A stretch of 64,000 nt of DNA from Cyanophyceae cyanobacterium (GTDB lineage Bacteria; Cyanobacteriota; Cyanobacteriia; Cyanobacteriales; JBHJGN01). The stretch lies in the NCBI GenBank assembly GCA_050331735.1, contig JBHJGN010000031.1, positions 96,001 through 160,000 of the forward strand. Reading direction: 5' to 3'. This document shows, piece after piece, positions 37,648 through 47,668 of this stretch. Within the stretch, counting starts at the first letter, position 1; every line of letters begins with the position of its first letter. Under the pieces are notes generated by a model. It searched no databases. It saw only the letters and a list, made by a program, of their open reading frames with translations, and had not been told where the DNA came from. A program made the position numbers and the translations under genes.

Positions 37648-39670
37648 ACTCATATAATTGCGCTAACATTTGGTCTGAAGTTTGAGCGGGTTCTAGGCAA
37701 GTTAGCCCCTGGCAGACAAGGGCAACGGCCTGATCGGGTAAGTCGTCTTCTGCACGATAGACAGCGGTGGGAAAGTATTGAGGAATGATGCCTGCTAGCT
37801 GCTCCTTGGTCGTTCGCACCAGAGTAGAGTGATGATACCAATCTAGAGCGACAAACAAAGTCGGACAAGCCACCGGAGACTGCTGCATGATGCTGCTGAA
37901 AGCCTGGAGAGTTTTTTCTGCGCGGTCGAGGTAATTTAGATCTTCGGTGAGAAGGGCTAAACGAACGAGGTTAGCAACTGCGACTCCGTTTGGAGAGGGA
38001 GTCGCGTTATCAACATAGCTGCGCTCGCGCACTAACAGCTCATCGCTGTTTTCCACTGCGTTGTTGTAGTATCCTCCCTCGCTCGCCCAGAAGAACTCGT
38101 CAAACTCTCGCTGGATAGCCACTGCCTGCTCAAGCCACTGAGACTCTTGAGGCTGACAAGCATACAAATCGAGCAGGGCTTTGATCAAGAACGCATAGTC
38201 TTCTGATTGAGCGAGAACCTGAGGTTGACCGTCGTAATTGAGACGATGCAGCCGTTCATCCTGCCACTGATGCTTCAGGATAAACTGAGCGGCACGAGTG
38301 GCTAATTTTAGATAGTGTGCCTGACCAAAAACACCAGAGGCTCTTGCTAACCCAGAAATCATCAAGCTGTTCCAAGCCACGATCATTTTGGTGTCCGTTA
38401 CGGGAGGAATGCGTCCCGGCCAGTTGCCGGATTTTGCTTCCTGGTTGTTCTGTGCTGGCGCAAAGGTTTCGACCTCTTGGCTACCGTATCGGGCTGCAAA
38501 CAGCTTCGCTAACGTTTGCTCTAGCTGTTCTGATAAATGTCCTCCCTGGCGGCGCTGGAGCACGTTGCTGCCTTCAAAATTTCCGTTGGGCGTGACGGTA
38601 AATTGCTCTACAAGTTCCGATAACTCTTCGGAAGTAAGCCGTTTCTGGAGTTCTGAGTAGCTCCATACGTAAAAAGCTCCTTCTTCCGGTTCGGCCTCGT
38701 CTGGAACGGTGAAACTATCGGCATCTTGGGCGGCGTAGAAGTAGCCTGCGGTGGCGGTCATTTCTCGCTGAAGCCACTGTACCGTTTCTTCAATAGCCCG
38801 CTCAAAGGCCGGTTCTTGATGGCCCATACTCCAGAGATTTGCTAAATACTCCACGATTTGTCCGTTATCGTAGAGCATTTTTTCAAAGTGAGGCACGGTC
38901 CAGGTTGAGTCTACCGTGTAGCGGTGGAAGCCTCCGGCCACGTGATCGTATATGCCGCCGAGAGCTAAATCTTGCCCACGCTGAAGCCAAGGGTGCTCAG
39001 CGCTGTAGCGATGTTCAAAGCGGCTGCCCTGAAGCGCAATTTGAGCATAGGGAATCATTGGAAAACACGGACGACCCAAGTCGTTGGCGCTAATCACTCC
39101 GGTATTGGCTTCTACTCCCTCTACCAGAAGTGCTTTGCTTGGGGCCGCCTCTCCCGGAGTGAGCGTGGTGGTTTGCTCAAGAGTGGAGACGATTTCTTGC
39201 TTAAAGTTCTGGAGTTTCTCTGCTTCTTGGTCGTAGAAGCGGCGCACAGACTGCAATACCTGCATAAAACCCGGGCGACCGTAGCGCGGCTCCACCGGAA
39301 AATAAGTCCCGCCGTAGAAGGGGACGCGATCGCCGGGCGTGAGAAATAGATTCAGAGGCCAGCCGCCTTGCCCTACCATCATCTGAAGGGCCTGCATGTA
39401 GATACTGTCGATGTCTGGTCGTTCTTCGCGATCGACTTTAATAGGCAGAAAGTTCGCGTTCATATACGCGGCAATTTCAGGATCGGAAAAGGCTTCTCCT
39501 TCCATCACCGTACACCAGTGACAGCTAGAGTAACCGATCGACAAAAAGATCGGTTTATTTTCGGCCTCAGCGGTGTGAAGCGCCTCTTCACTCCAAGACC
39601 ACCAATCGATGGGATTATCGGCGTGTTTGCGGAGGTATAAGCTTTGAGCGTGGGCCAGGCGATTTGGCAT
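37583..39670 (-). CDS. Thioredoxin-domain / six-hairpin glycosidase-like protein (YyaL/SSP411 family)
   Basis: NRLA...SLYLRKHA.NPIDW, IGYSSCHWC.VM, KVDREERPD.D, GGWPL, VPHFEKMLYDN and DNATPS.N. Confidence 0.93.
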   Translation of the reverse strand: MPNRLAHAQSLYLRKHADNPIDWWSWSEEALHTAEAENKPIFLSIGYSSCHWCTVMEGEAFSDPEIAAYMNANFLPIKVDREERPDIDSIYMQALQMMVGQGGWPLNLFLTPGDRVPFYGGTYFPVEPRYGRPGFMQVLQSVRRFYDQEAEKLQNFKQEIVSTLEQTTTLTPGEAAPSKALLVEGVEANTGVISANDLGRPCFPMIPYAQIALQGSRFEHRYSAEHPWLQRGQDLALGGIYDHVAGGFHRYTVDSTWTVPHFEKMLYDNGQIVEYLANLWSMGHQEPAFERAIEETVQWLQREMTATAGYFYAAQDADSFTVPDEAEPEEGAFYVWSYSELQKRLTSEELSELVEQFTVTPNGNFEGSNVLQRRQGGHLSEQLEQTLAKLFAARYGSQEVETFAPAQNNQEAKSGNWPGRIPPVTDTKMIVAWNSLMISGLARASGVFGQAHYLKLATRAAQFILKHQWQDERLHRLNYDGQPQVLAQSEDYAFLIKALLDLYACQPQESQWLEQAVAIQREFDEFFWASEGGYYNNAVENSDELLVRERSYVDNATPSPNGVAVANLVRLALLTEDLNYLDRAEKTLQAFSSIMQQSPVACPTLFVALDWYHHSTLVRTTKEQLAGIIPQYFPTAVYRAEDDLPDQAVALVCQGLTCLEPAQTSDQMLAQLYESGKRAGAVGTGKGERVRGKGE

Positions 39671-39721
39671 GGGATAACTGAAGTGCTTCTCCTGTTAGTC
39701 TACCGCGCCTCTACAGGAGCG

Positions 39722-39931
39722 CTAAGGATCTGTATTGATCATCTTTTCATAGGCTTGTCTTGCTTCCGGGGTAGCTGCGGCAAGACACTCGGCATGAATC
39801 CGCTCTAAGCGATCGATATATTCCTGATTTTGAACCAGGACGGAATTGGCTTTGGTCGAAGCAATCATCGTCAACTGCGCTCTTAGGGGTAAGTGACGAA
39901 AGGCATCGAGCCGTTGTTCTAATGAGGACAT
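39722..39931 (-). CDS. Small hypothetical protein
   Basis: 69-aa helical ORF with ATG, co-oriented with and 51 nt upstream of the YyaL-like gene. Confidence 0.65.
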   Translation of the reverse strand: MSSLEQRLDAFRHLPLRAQLTMIASTKANSVLVQNQEYIDRLERIHAECLAAATPEARQAYEKMINTDP

Positions 39932-40025
39932 CAGTACTAAATATAAGCGTTGATAAAAATGTTAACGCGAGTTGACAGAAGGATTTAAGTCGGTTACTCG
40001 GTCTCAGCCGAAAACAGTAGCATTG

Positions 40026-40181
40026 ATGCAGAAGATTGATGCCAACGTGGTCGGTATTGTTACGGCTGTTAAAGAAACGAACGCTTGGGTCAAGAAACTG
40101 GCGGCTATCGACGCAAAGTTGCCCCAGTTGGTTCGCGCACCGCTCAAGTGTCCCCTCTTTACGAAAGGTGAAGAGGGCTGA
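40026..40181 (+). CDS. Possible small protein (51 aa)
   Basis: MQKIDANVVGIVTAVKETNAWVKKLAAIDAKLPQ looks amphipathic, but no family was recognised and it overlaps a candidate RNA structure. Confidence 0.3.
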   Translation: MQKIDANVVGIVTAVKETNAWVKKLAAIDAKLPQLVRAPLKCPLFTKGEEG

Positions 40182-40324
40182 ATTCCCGTAGAGGGAACCA
40201 ACCCTTCTGGGTTTCTTAGTTGTAGGCAAAGGCGAGTTCAATCAAATTGAGAAAATTTGAGCAGTCACTTTAAAAGCGATCGGCCACAGCCAACACAGCA
40301 CCCAATCCTTTGAGCAAAATATGT

Positions 40325-40378
40325 CCATTCGGCTAATCCAGATGGAGGAAGTCGTCTAGGAGTGGCTTCGGCTACGGT
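40325..40378 (+). promoter_or_regulatory. Shared activator-type promoter motif upstream of the response regulator
   Basis: CCAGATGGAGGAAG (40338-40351), 21 nt, then TACGGT; the same architecture recurs at 57112, 57699, 59985 and 59848(-). Confidence 0.55.
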
Positions 40379-40573
40379 GCTGGAGTTCGGGTTCAGTCTC
40401 CGTTAGATCCGATTTGGATCGACTACGCCATCAACGATGAAGGCGATTCTGAAATCGAATTTGGGATTGGAGAAAAGTTTTAAAGAAAGCTCAATTTCTA
40501 GGCTGAGACCGGAGTTAATTTGTTAGGATACTCGAATCTTTTGCTTTGTAGATTTTCAGTGAAGAGAGGCAGC

Positions 40574-41251
40574 ATGTTAGGCGATATCGCATCCTCCAGC
40601 ATCGAACTTCCATCCCACGCTCCACTGCAAATCGTCATTGTAGAAGACGATCCGGTGATGCAGCTAGGACTAGAGCAGTTTCTGGAGGATTGTGAAAACT
40701 TTCAGGTTCTCGGTCGAGCCGAAGATGGCTATTCGGGCATTGCCGTGACGCTTGAGTTAAAGCCGGATGTGGTGGTGATGGATATTGGCTTACCTCAGCT
40801 CGATGGCATTGCCGCTACCCAACAGATTAAGCAAAAACTGCCAGACGTACGAGTAGTCATGCTTACTTCCCATACCGCAGACATGGAGATGGTCGCGGCG
40901 TTAGCTAGCGGTGCTGATGCCTACTGTATTAAGGGAATTGGCCTAGAACAGCTCAAAATTGCGATTAACTGCGCTCATACCGGAGCTGCTTATCTAGATC
41001 CACAAATTGCCCGTCGCGTCATCAATCATCTGCAATATACTCGCCCGAGCGCTCCAACGATTGAGCTATCGAAGCGGGAACTGGATGTATTAAGACTGGT
41101 TGTTGAAGGCAAAAGCAACCCGGAAATTGCGGCTGAACTGTTTCTTAGTATCAGCACGGTCAAGACTCACCTCCGCAGCGTGATGAATAAGCTGTCGGTG
41201 GACGATCGCGTTCAAGCGGCGGTCGCCGCGTTAAGAACCGGACTCGTTTGA
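40574..41251 (+). CDS. NarL/LuxR-family response regulator
   Basis: IVIVEDD, DVVVMDIGLP.LDG, LSKRELDVL, SNPEIA..LFLS.STVKTH and DRVQAAV. Confidence 0.95.
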   Translation: MLGDIASSSIELPSHAPLQIVIVEDDPVMQLGLEQFLEDCENFQVLGRAEDGYSGIAVTLELKPDVVVMDIGLPQLDGIAATQQIKQKLPDVRVVMLTSHTADMEMVAALASGADAYCIKGIGLEQLKIAINCAHTGAAYLDPQIARRVINHLQYTRPSAPTIELSKRELDVLRLVVEGKSNPEIAAELFLSISTVKTHLRSVMNKLSVDDRVQAAVAALRTGLV

Positions 41252-41371
41252 TTTGATTGAACTGTTCACAGCCCTCACCGCTGTTTTAACGGATGAATTC
41301 TTAACCAGTTCAAACAGCAGGCTAGTCTTGGAAGAGTGGAAGAAATCGAGTACGAGGGCGAGCAAAATATC

Positions 41372-42664
41372 ATGACGTGCAGACGATATCGAATCTGGTT
41401 TTCTAGCCTCATCCTGACTGTATTAGTCAGTCTCGTCCTGGGGATATGGCCTAGGGCAGTTTCTCTCTCATCGACTCAGACTGAGCTGTTTGATGCGGTT
41501 TGGGAAACCATTGATGAGAATTTTTTCGACCCCAACTTCAACGGCATAGACTGGGAAGCAGTGGGAGACCAATACCGACCGCAGGTCGCCCAAGCCTCGT
41601 CGCGTACAGAACAGGCAGCTCTCATTAACGAGATGCTCGGCGAGCTGCAAACCTCCCACACCCATCTTTATACCCCCGCTGAACCGGCCTACTATCAGGT
41701 GCTTGGCATCTTCTATCCGCGTATCCGGGAACTGCGGACTCAGCTTCAAGACACCTTTCCAAACGGCAAATTGGAGTATGCAGGCATTGGCGTTGTCACT
41801 CAAGAAATAGACGGCAAAACCTTTGTTAGAGCCATCTTTGATGGTAGTCCAGCCGCAGCGTCAGGGCTACAGGTAGGCGACCAAATTCTCAGCGTCGCTG
41901 GTCAGCCCTTTGAACCAATTCAGTCTTTTGCCGGACAGGTAGACCAATCTATTAACCTCCTCGTGCAACGATCGCTCGCTCCTGACAGTCAGGAAGAAAT
42001 AACGGTGAACCCTCAACTATTCGACGGGATCGCCATGTTCCTTGATGCCATGACAGACAGCGTCCAGGTCGTTGAAAGAGCGGATCAGCAGATTGGCTAT
42101 ATTCATATTTGGTCCTATGCGGGGGACCAGTATCAGCAAAAGCTGGAAGAAGAACTGATCTACGGTCGTTTAAAAGATGCCGATGCCCTAGTGCTCGATC
42201 TCCGGGAAGGATGGGGAGGCGCACCGCCAACGGCCCTTCATCCCTTCACGGCCCGAGGTCCGAGCGTAACGAGTATTGGACGAGATGGGCAAGCTTCGAC
42301 CTACCAGAGCCAGTGGAATAAGCCAGTGGTGATGCTGGTCAACGAAGGCAGCCGCAGCGCTAAAGAAATTTTAGCCTATGGTTTTCAGCAGTACGAGATT
42401 GGACCCGTCGTTGGTAGCAAAACTCCCGGCGCAGTAGTAGCCGGACGACCTTTCCTGATGCCCGACGAGAGCTTACTGTACGTGGCGGTGGCGGATGTCT
42501 ATGTTGATGATACGGTTCGTTTAGAAGGTGTCGGAGTCACTCCTGATGTGGTGGTTCCTTTCCCCATTGAGTACGCCCAGGGAAATGACCCGCAAAAGGA
42601 ACGAGCGATCGCCCTCGCAGTAGAAATCCTTAATCAATCGAAAGGGACTCATCGCGGTAGTTAA
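41372..42664 (+). CDS. S41-family peptidase with PDZ domain, exported
   Basis: Signal peptide, GSPAA.SGL.VGD.I (PDZ), LVLDLR.GWGG, GSRSAKE and LEG.GV.PDV. Confidence 0.9.
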   Translation: MTCRRYRIWFSSLILTVLVSLVLGIWPRAVSLSSTQTELFDAVWETIDENFFDPNFNGIDWEAVGDQYRPQVAQASSRTEQAALINEMLGELQTSHTHLYTPAEPAYYQVLGIFYPRIRELRTQLQDTFPNGKLEYAGIGVVTQEIDGKTFVRAIFDGSPAAASGLQVGDQILSVAGQPFEPIQSFAGQVDQSINLLVQRSLAPDSQEEITVNPQLFDGIAMFLDAMTDSVQVVERADQQIGYIHIWSYAGDQYQQKLEEELIYGRLKDADALVLDLREGWGGAPPTALHPFTARGPSVTSIGRDGQASTYQSQWNKPVVMLVNEGSRSAKEILAYGFQQYEIGPVVGSKTPGAVVAGRPFLMPDESLLYVAVADVYVDDTVRLEGVGVTPDVVVPFPIEYAQGNDPQKERAIALAVEILNQSKGTHRGS

Positions 42665-42853
42665 GTTATCTGTACATAGCGGTTCTCGGCATGAGATACA
42701 CCTAACACCTGCCTCCTGCCTCAAAACTAAAAATTCTGTTCCTCACGCTTTTTGAGAACTGCTATATCTTCCAGGAGAAAAAACAATTAGCCATCAACAA
42801 TCAACAACAAAGCCGCCTAGTAATCTACCCCTCATTAACTGGAGAACTGCCCT

Positions 42854-43645
42854 GTGAACCATCTCGAAGTTGCACAGTTTTGGAATCGGAACGCGCCAGC
42901 CTGGACTGCTTTATCTAGGCAGGGATATGATGTTTATCGGGATTTAGTTAATACCCCCGCTTTTCTGGAGCTACTGCCCAATATTGCTGGTTTGAAAGGA
43001 CTCGACATTGGCTGTGGCGAGGGAACAAATACGCGCCAGCTTGCTCAACTAGGGGCTAGCATGGTGGCTATTGATGTGGCGCCATCTTTTCTTGAGTATG
43101 CCCAGGCTCAAGAGCAGCAAGATCCTCACGGAATCCTTTTTCAAACCGCTAGTGCCCTAGATTTGCCGTTTGGTGAGGCGACGTTTGATTTCGTTACGGC
43201 TTTTATGAGCCTGATGGATATGCCCGACAATCAAAAGGCGATTCAGGAAGCCTACCGCGTACTCAAGCCAGGGGGGTTTTTGCAATTTTCTATCACCCAT
43301 CCCTGTTTCGATCCGCCCTATCGTCGCAGCCTGAAAGATCCAGCAGGACAAGAGTATGCGATCGCCGTCGGACGCTACTTTGAGCGCGAAGATGGACGTA
43401 TCGATGAATGGATATTTAGCAACGTTCCTGATGAGCTGCGGCAGCGCTGGTCTAAATTTCGCATTCCCCGCTTTCATCGCACCCTCAGTGAATGGCTCAA
43501 TATGCTGATTGCTGCCGGATTTGTGATTAAAGCGCTGGCAGAACCGCGAGCGAGTGAAGCGATCGCGCGCACGTGCCCCACCGTTGCCGATACCCGAATC
43601 GTCGCTTACTTTTTGCTCGTCCGCTGCTGTAAACCTTCCCCTTGA
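42854..43645 (+). CDS. Class I SAM-dependent methyltransferase
   Basis: LDIGCGEG, LPF..ATFDFV and RVLKPGG. Confidence 0.92.
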   Translation: MNHLEVAQFWNRNAPAWTALSRQGYDVYRDLVNTPAFLELLPNIAGLKGLDIGCGEGTNTRQLAQLGASMVAIDVAPSFLEYAQAQEQQDPHGILFQTASALDLPFGEATFDFVTAFMSLMDMPDNQKAIQEAYRVLKPGGFLQFSITHPCFDPPYRRSLKDPAGQEYAIAVGRYFEREDGRIDEWIFSNVPDELRQRWSKFRIPRFHRTLSEWLNMLIAAGFVIKALAEPRASEAIARTCPTVADTRIVAYFLLVRCCKPSP

Positions 43646-43646
43646 G

Positions 43647-44768
43647 ATGCAGAACGCTCCATCCGCACGATTAACCTTTATGGATAACCTGCGAGTCGCA
43701 CTCACGATTCTCGTTGTCGCTCACCATGCTGCTCAGCCCTACGGACCTACAGGAGGCGAATGGCCGATTTTTAATCCCGAACGAGCTATGCTGCTAGGCT
43801 CCTTTTTTGCCGTCAATGCCGCCTTTTTCATGGGGCTGTTCTTCTTTATTGCGGGATACTTTACTCCAGTAGCTTGCGATCGCAAAGGAGTTCGGCAGTT
43901 TCTCCAAGAGCGGCTGCAGCGATTAGGGATACCGCTTTTGTTCTTTACTCTCTTCGTCTTTCCACCCGTCCTTTATAGTCTAGCTGCCCCACCCGTTTCT
44001 TTTTTCGCCTTTTTTATTCAGGTGTACATTCATCAGTGGGATATCGAAGTCGCTCACCTGTGGTTCCTGATGCATCTCCTGGTTTATACGGTTTGCTATG
44101 TTCTCTGGCAGCATCGCTTTGATCTCCCCACCCATACTCAGATACCGAGCCATCAGACCATTCTTGTTTACTTACTTAGCCTCACCGTTGTCACGTTTAT
44201 AGTTCGCATTCAGTATCCAATTGACCAATGGGTGAATCTGTTTGGGATTTTGCCGACTGAGGTGGCTCATCTTCCTCAATACGTTAGCTTATTTATGCTC
44301 GGCATCGTCGCTTACCGTCGTCGCTGGCTTGAGGGAATGGCAAGGTGGCGAGGATACATCTGGCTAGGAATTGGGCTGAGTGCTGCACTGCTGCGCTATG
44401 GCTATAGCCTGAATCAGGAAAGACTGGCGCTTCCCATGATCTTTGCCGGAGGTGGATTAAACTGGCGTAACCTAGTCTGGAGTGGTTGGGAAGCAACAAT
44501 TTGCGTAGGGCTTTGTATTGGATTGTTAATTTTGTTCCGCGAAAAGCTTAATAGTCAAGGAAGGCTACTGCGAATGCTATCTGCTAACGCCTACGGAGTA
44601 TACTTAATTCACCTTTTGCTTGTTCTCTACCTGCAATTCCAGTTTGCCGATTTATCTCTTGGTCCGCTCACCAAATTTTTGCTCGTCTTTACCACTGGAA
44701 CTCCTCTATGCTTTGCTCTTAGTGCACTTCTGCGGCAACTTCCGTTAACCAAATTAGTTGTCCCCTAG
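43647..44768 (+). CDS. Acyltransferase-3 (OpgC/MdoC-like) membrane protein
   Basis: R..FMDNLR..L..LVV.HH, FFMGLFFFIAGYF, RLQRLGIP, HLWFL and AYGVYLIH. Confidence 0.9.
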   Translation: MQNAPSARLTFMDNLRVALTILVVAHHAAQPYGPTGGEWPIFNPERAMLLGSFFAVNAAFFMGLFFFIAGYFTPVACDRKGVRQFLQERLQRLGIPLLFFTLFVFPPVLYSLAAPPVSFFAFFIQVYIHQWDIEVAHLWFLMHLLVYTVCYVLWQHRFDLPTHTQIPSHQTILVYLLSLTVVTFIVRIQYPIDQWVNLFGILPTEVAHLPQYVSLFMLGIVAYRRRWLEGMARWRGYIWLGIGLSAALLRYGYSLNQERLALPMIFAGGGLNWRNLVWSGWEATICVGLCIGLLILFREKLNSQGRLLRMLSANAYGVYLIHLLLVLYLQFQFADLSLGPLTKFLLVFTTGTPLCFALSALLRQLPLTKLVVP

Positions 44769-44771
44769 TCA

Positions 44772-45212
44772 ATGAGAACCATGAATATTTCTTCACCCGC
44801 CGATATCGTCTTTGTCGAAAACGGAAGAGTTGATGTTGAGCAGCTCAACGCTCTTTATCAAACGATTGGCTGGAATTCAAACGGACAGCGAACTTTAGAG
44901 AAAACAACAGAAATGCTGCAAGTCAGTCACTACTATATCGCCGCCTATGCCACTGACAGTCTTCTGGTGGGCTTTGCTAGGGTATGCGGCGATCCCTACA
45001 TTGTTCAGGTGCTAGACGTCATTACCCATCCCGCCTATCGCCGCCGGGGTATCGCTACACGCTGTATGCAAGAGGTCATTAATCATCTTCAGCGCTCTCA
45101 GTATATTTCCGTTACCCTCACTGACGGTAGCGGGATTACAGATTTCTACCAGCGTTTTGGGTTCAGAGTCATTCATGGTGATGCTGTTGCGCGAGTTTGG
45201 CGACGAGGGTGA
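44772..45212 (+). CDS. GNAT N-acetyltransferase
   Basis: LVGFARV, DVITHPAYRRRGIA and FYQRFGF. Confidence 0.9.
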   Translation: MRTMNISSPADIVFVENGRVDVEQLNALYQTIGWNSNGQRTLEKTTEMLQVSHYYIAAYATDSLLVGFARVCGDPYIVQVLDVITHPAYRRRGIATRCMQEVINHLQRSQYISVTLTDGSGITDFYQRFGFRVIHGDAVARVWRRG

Positions 45213-45217
45213 GCAAT

Positions 45218-46711
45218 TTAGCCGCGATTAATCTCCTGCCGTCCCGTGGTGGCAAGAGGCAAGGTAAACCAAAAAATCGTTAACGAATTGGGTTCGCTCA
45301 CGACTCCAATTTGCCCCCCGTGGGCCGTAACAATCTGTTGGCACAGATAAAGCCCTAACCCCAATCCGGGCATATAGCGAGCACGGTTGCCGCGAGTATA
45401 CAGCTCAAAAAGACGGTGGCACTGCTCGCGGGGAATCCCGATCCCGTTATCCTGGACGGAACAAAGTAGCATGGGCATCTTTGCTTGGTTCGACGGTGGT
45501 AGAGATACTCCGTTAGCGTGCCTCACAAAATTGAAACCATTCTTAACCACTTCGGCCTTCAAAATCAGCTTAATCCCTGGTGGATTGTGCTTGAGGGTAT
45601 TATCCACTAGGTTACTAAACACTCGCCACAGATGAGTAGGATCGGCATTGACGAGAGGAAGCGCTGCATTGATAGTATTGTGTAGCTCCACCTGATTTTG
45701 TCTCAGTCTGGGTTCAACATCCGCGAGCACTGTGTCAACGACTTTACTAAGCTGTAGAGGCTGGCAGTGCAGCGTGATGCCTTTGCCATCGGCATGATAG
45801 GCTTCGACGAGAGCGTTAATCAGTGCAAGCTGGCGATCGCTTCCTTGAGCCAGGCGTTCTAAGACCGAAATGCCGACCTTGACGTATTCATCATCGGCTT
45901 GATTAAGTAATCGTCGTGTCACCATTGCCGTTCCCATCACCGGACTCCGCAGATCGTGAGAAATAGCGTGGAGAAAGATTTTTAGCTCTCGCCGGGATTC
46001 AAACTCAGAGCGCCGCAGCCGTTCATAAACATAAACGCCGACGTTACAGATGAGACACACCCAGGCAATTTTAATAAACGTGCCTAAGCTATAGATACTG
46101 TCGAAAATAGAGAGATTTCCCACTTCAGTAATACCAAGCAGAGGCAGGACCACCGTGTAGTAGGTAATTGGGAGGAGCTGAGAGAGCAAATGTAGCGGCC
46201 AGCGTAGCGGTAAAAGGACGGCAAAGGCTAAAAAAACAGTTGTGCTGGGTTGAGCAGGAATATCATAAAAGGTGGCAATGAGTTGAGTAACAAAGCCGTT
46301 AACGGAGCCTGCAAAAATTAGAAATATCGTGGCTGGATAGCATTTTCCCCACCTGCTTCGATGCATCAGTAGGCAGCCGATAATCAGCCCGACGATTAGA
46401 AAAAAACCGATAATGGTAATGTCACGTAAATGGTCGGCTAGCCAAGGTTCTCCGTAGAATTTATCAAAATCTGACCGTAACTGCTCGATTTCAATGACAT
46501 AAATGTAAAGTCCGTGACTGGATGAGATTAGAAAGCAAATTAGCCCAATCCAAAGCCCGAATCCGAGCCGCTTGTACAAAAACTGATGTCGCCAGTTGCG
46601 GTAATCAGCGGATTCTGTCGGAAGCAGAGTGCCTTTTATCTGAAACCAGCATTGCTGCCACTGTAGTTTAACGCCACCGAGAGACAGACTCGCCTTGCTA
46701 CGACTATTCAT
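45218..46711 (-). CDS. Membrane sensor histidine kinase (paralog of 58258-59769)
   Basis: Multi-TM N-terminus; ISHDLRSP, NLVDNTLKHNP, VQDNGIGI and GLGLGLYLC. Confidence 0.92.
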   Translation of the reverse strand: MNSRSKASLSLGGVKLQWQQCWFQIKGTLLPTESADYRNWRHQFLYKRLGFGLWIGLICFLISSSHGLYIYVIEIEQLRSDFDKFYGEPWLADHLRDITIIGFFLIVGLIIGCLLMHRSRWGKCYPATIFLIFAGSVNGFVTQLIATFYDIPAQPSTTVFLAFAVLLPLRWPLHLLSQLLPITYYTVVLPLLGITEVGNLSIFDSIYSLGTFIKIAWVCLICNVGVYVYERLRRSEFESRRELKIFLHAISHDLRSPVMGTAMVTRRLLNQADDEYVKVGISVLERLAQGSDRQLALINALVEAYHADGKGITLHCQPLQLSKVVDTVLADVEPRLRQNQVELHNTINAALPLVNADPTHLWRVFSNLVDNTLKHNPPGIKLILKAEVVKNGFNFVRHANGVSLPPSNQAKMPMLLCSVQDNGIGIPREQCHRLFELYTRGNRARYMPGLGLGLYLCQQIVTAHGGQIGVVSEPNSLTIFWFTLPLATTGRQEINRG

Positions 46712-46892
46712 AGAAACAGCTTCAGTTGTTGAAACGAGAGTACGGGTAATCGCAACTTACATGGGTCGGGGCGATCGCACATCATGCAGAGCGCGGGGCT
46801 GCCGCGCCTAGCTCAAAATTTCTTTGATTGCAGGTTTGAGGTCTGTTTGCTGGTTCTTACACCTATCTACAACTGTAGTGCTTAATTGCTGT

Positions 46893-47534
46893 CTAAGTTC
46901 CGATTGGCAAATAACTTTGCAAATATCTCAACGTCAATCGTTTAGTTTCTACTACGAGACGTTGCCGAAAGTTTTTCTCTTGACTAAGAGACAGCCATAG
47001 TAAGGTTCCGATCGCTTTCACCAGCACAAAGGCGATCGCCTCATAATCGGCGGATTCTAAATCTGGATAGCGTTGGGACAAAGACGCTACCAAATCTTGA
47101 ATAAGTTGAGCATCAGCGGCATTTTCGATTTCTTCTAGTTCTGGCATTGTCCCTTGCACCTGCATGAAAATGGCGTGATAGCCGGGGTATTCAGTAAAAA
47201 ATTGAGCGGTTGTATCGATAAGCCGATCTATGTAGACAGGCAGAGACAGCATGTTGATCTCGTCAGTATTCAACTGAGCAAAACGTTGGTGGAGTAGATC
47301 CGTATAGCGCATTGTTAAGGCTTGCAGAATTGCCGCCTTATCGGGAAAAAACTGATAGAGCGACCCAATTGGGACTTTGGCACGAGCGGCGATCGCATTC
47401 GTCGTGGTGGCATGGTATCCATCCGTAATAAAGAGCTGTTCAGCCACATCCAAAATCCGGTTGACTCGCTTCTGGCTCCGGGCTTGTTGCGGTTGACGAC
47501 GCATGCCCTGCGGTTTTGATAAATTTGAAGCCAT
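46893..47534 (-). CDS. TetR/AcrR-family transcriptional regulator
   Basis: RRQPQQARS..RV..IL..A..LF...GY.ATTTNAIA..A.V.IGSLYQFFPDK. Confidence 0.95.
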   Translation of the reverse strand: MASNLSKPQGMRRQPQQARSQKRVNRILDVAEQLFITDGYHATTTNAIAARAKVPIGSLYQFFPDKAAILQALTMRYTDLLHQRFAQLNTDEINMLSLPVYIDRLIDTTAQFFTEYPGYHAIFMQVQGTMPELEEIENAADAQLIQDLVASLSQRYPDLESADYEAIAFVLVKAIGTLLWLSLSQEKNFRQRLVVETKRLTLRYLQSYLPIGT

Positions 47535-47563
47535 TCGATTTCTCTCTGTCTCCTGAAATTACT

Positions 47564-47634
47564 TGAGCAAAACTCACATTTTTCTTGACAAAAAACGAGT
47601 AAGCCTCATATTATTTATAAGTGAGCTTTACTCA
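47564..47634. promoter_or_regulatory. Three TetR-type operators overlapping the P450 sigma70 promoter
   Basis: TGAG-caaaa-CTCA (47564-47576), CGAG-taagc-CTCA (47596-47608) and TGAG-cttta-CTCA (47622-47634); -35 TTGACA at 47585 and -10 TATTAT at 47609. Confidence 0.75.
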
Positions 47635-47668
47635 TATTTTAAGTTAAGTTGATCAGGGAGACCCTTCT

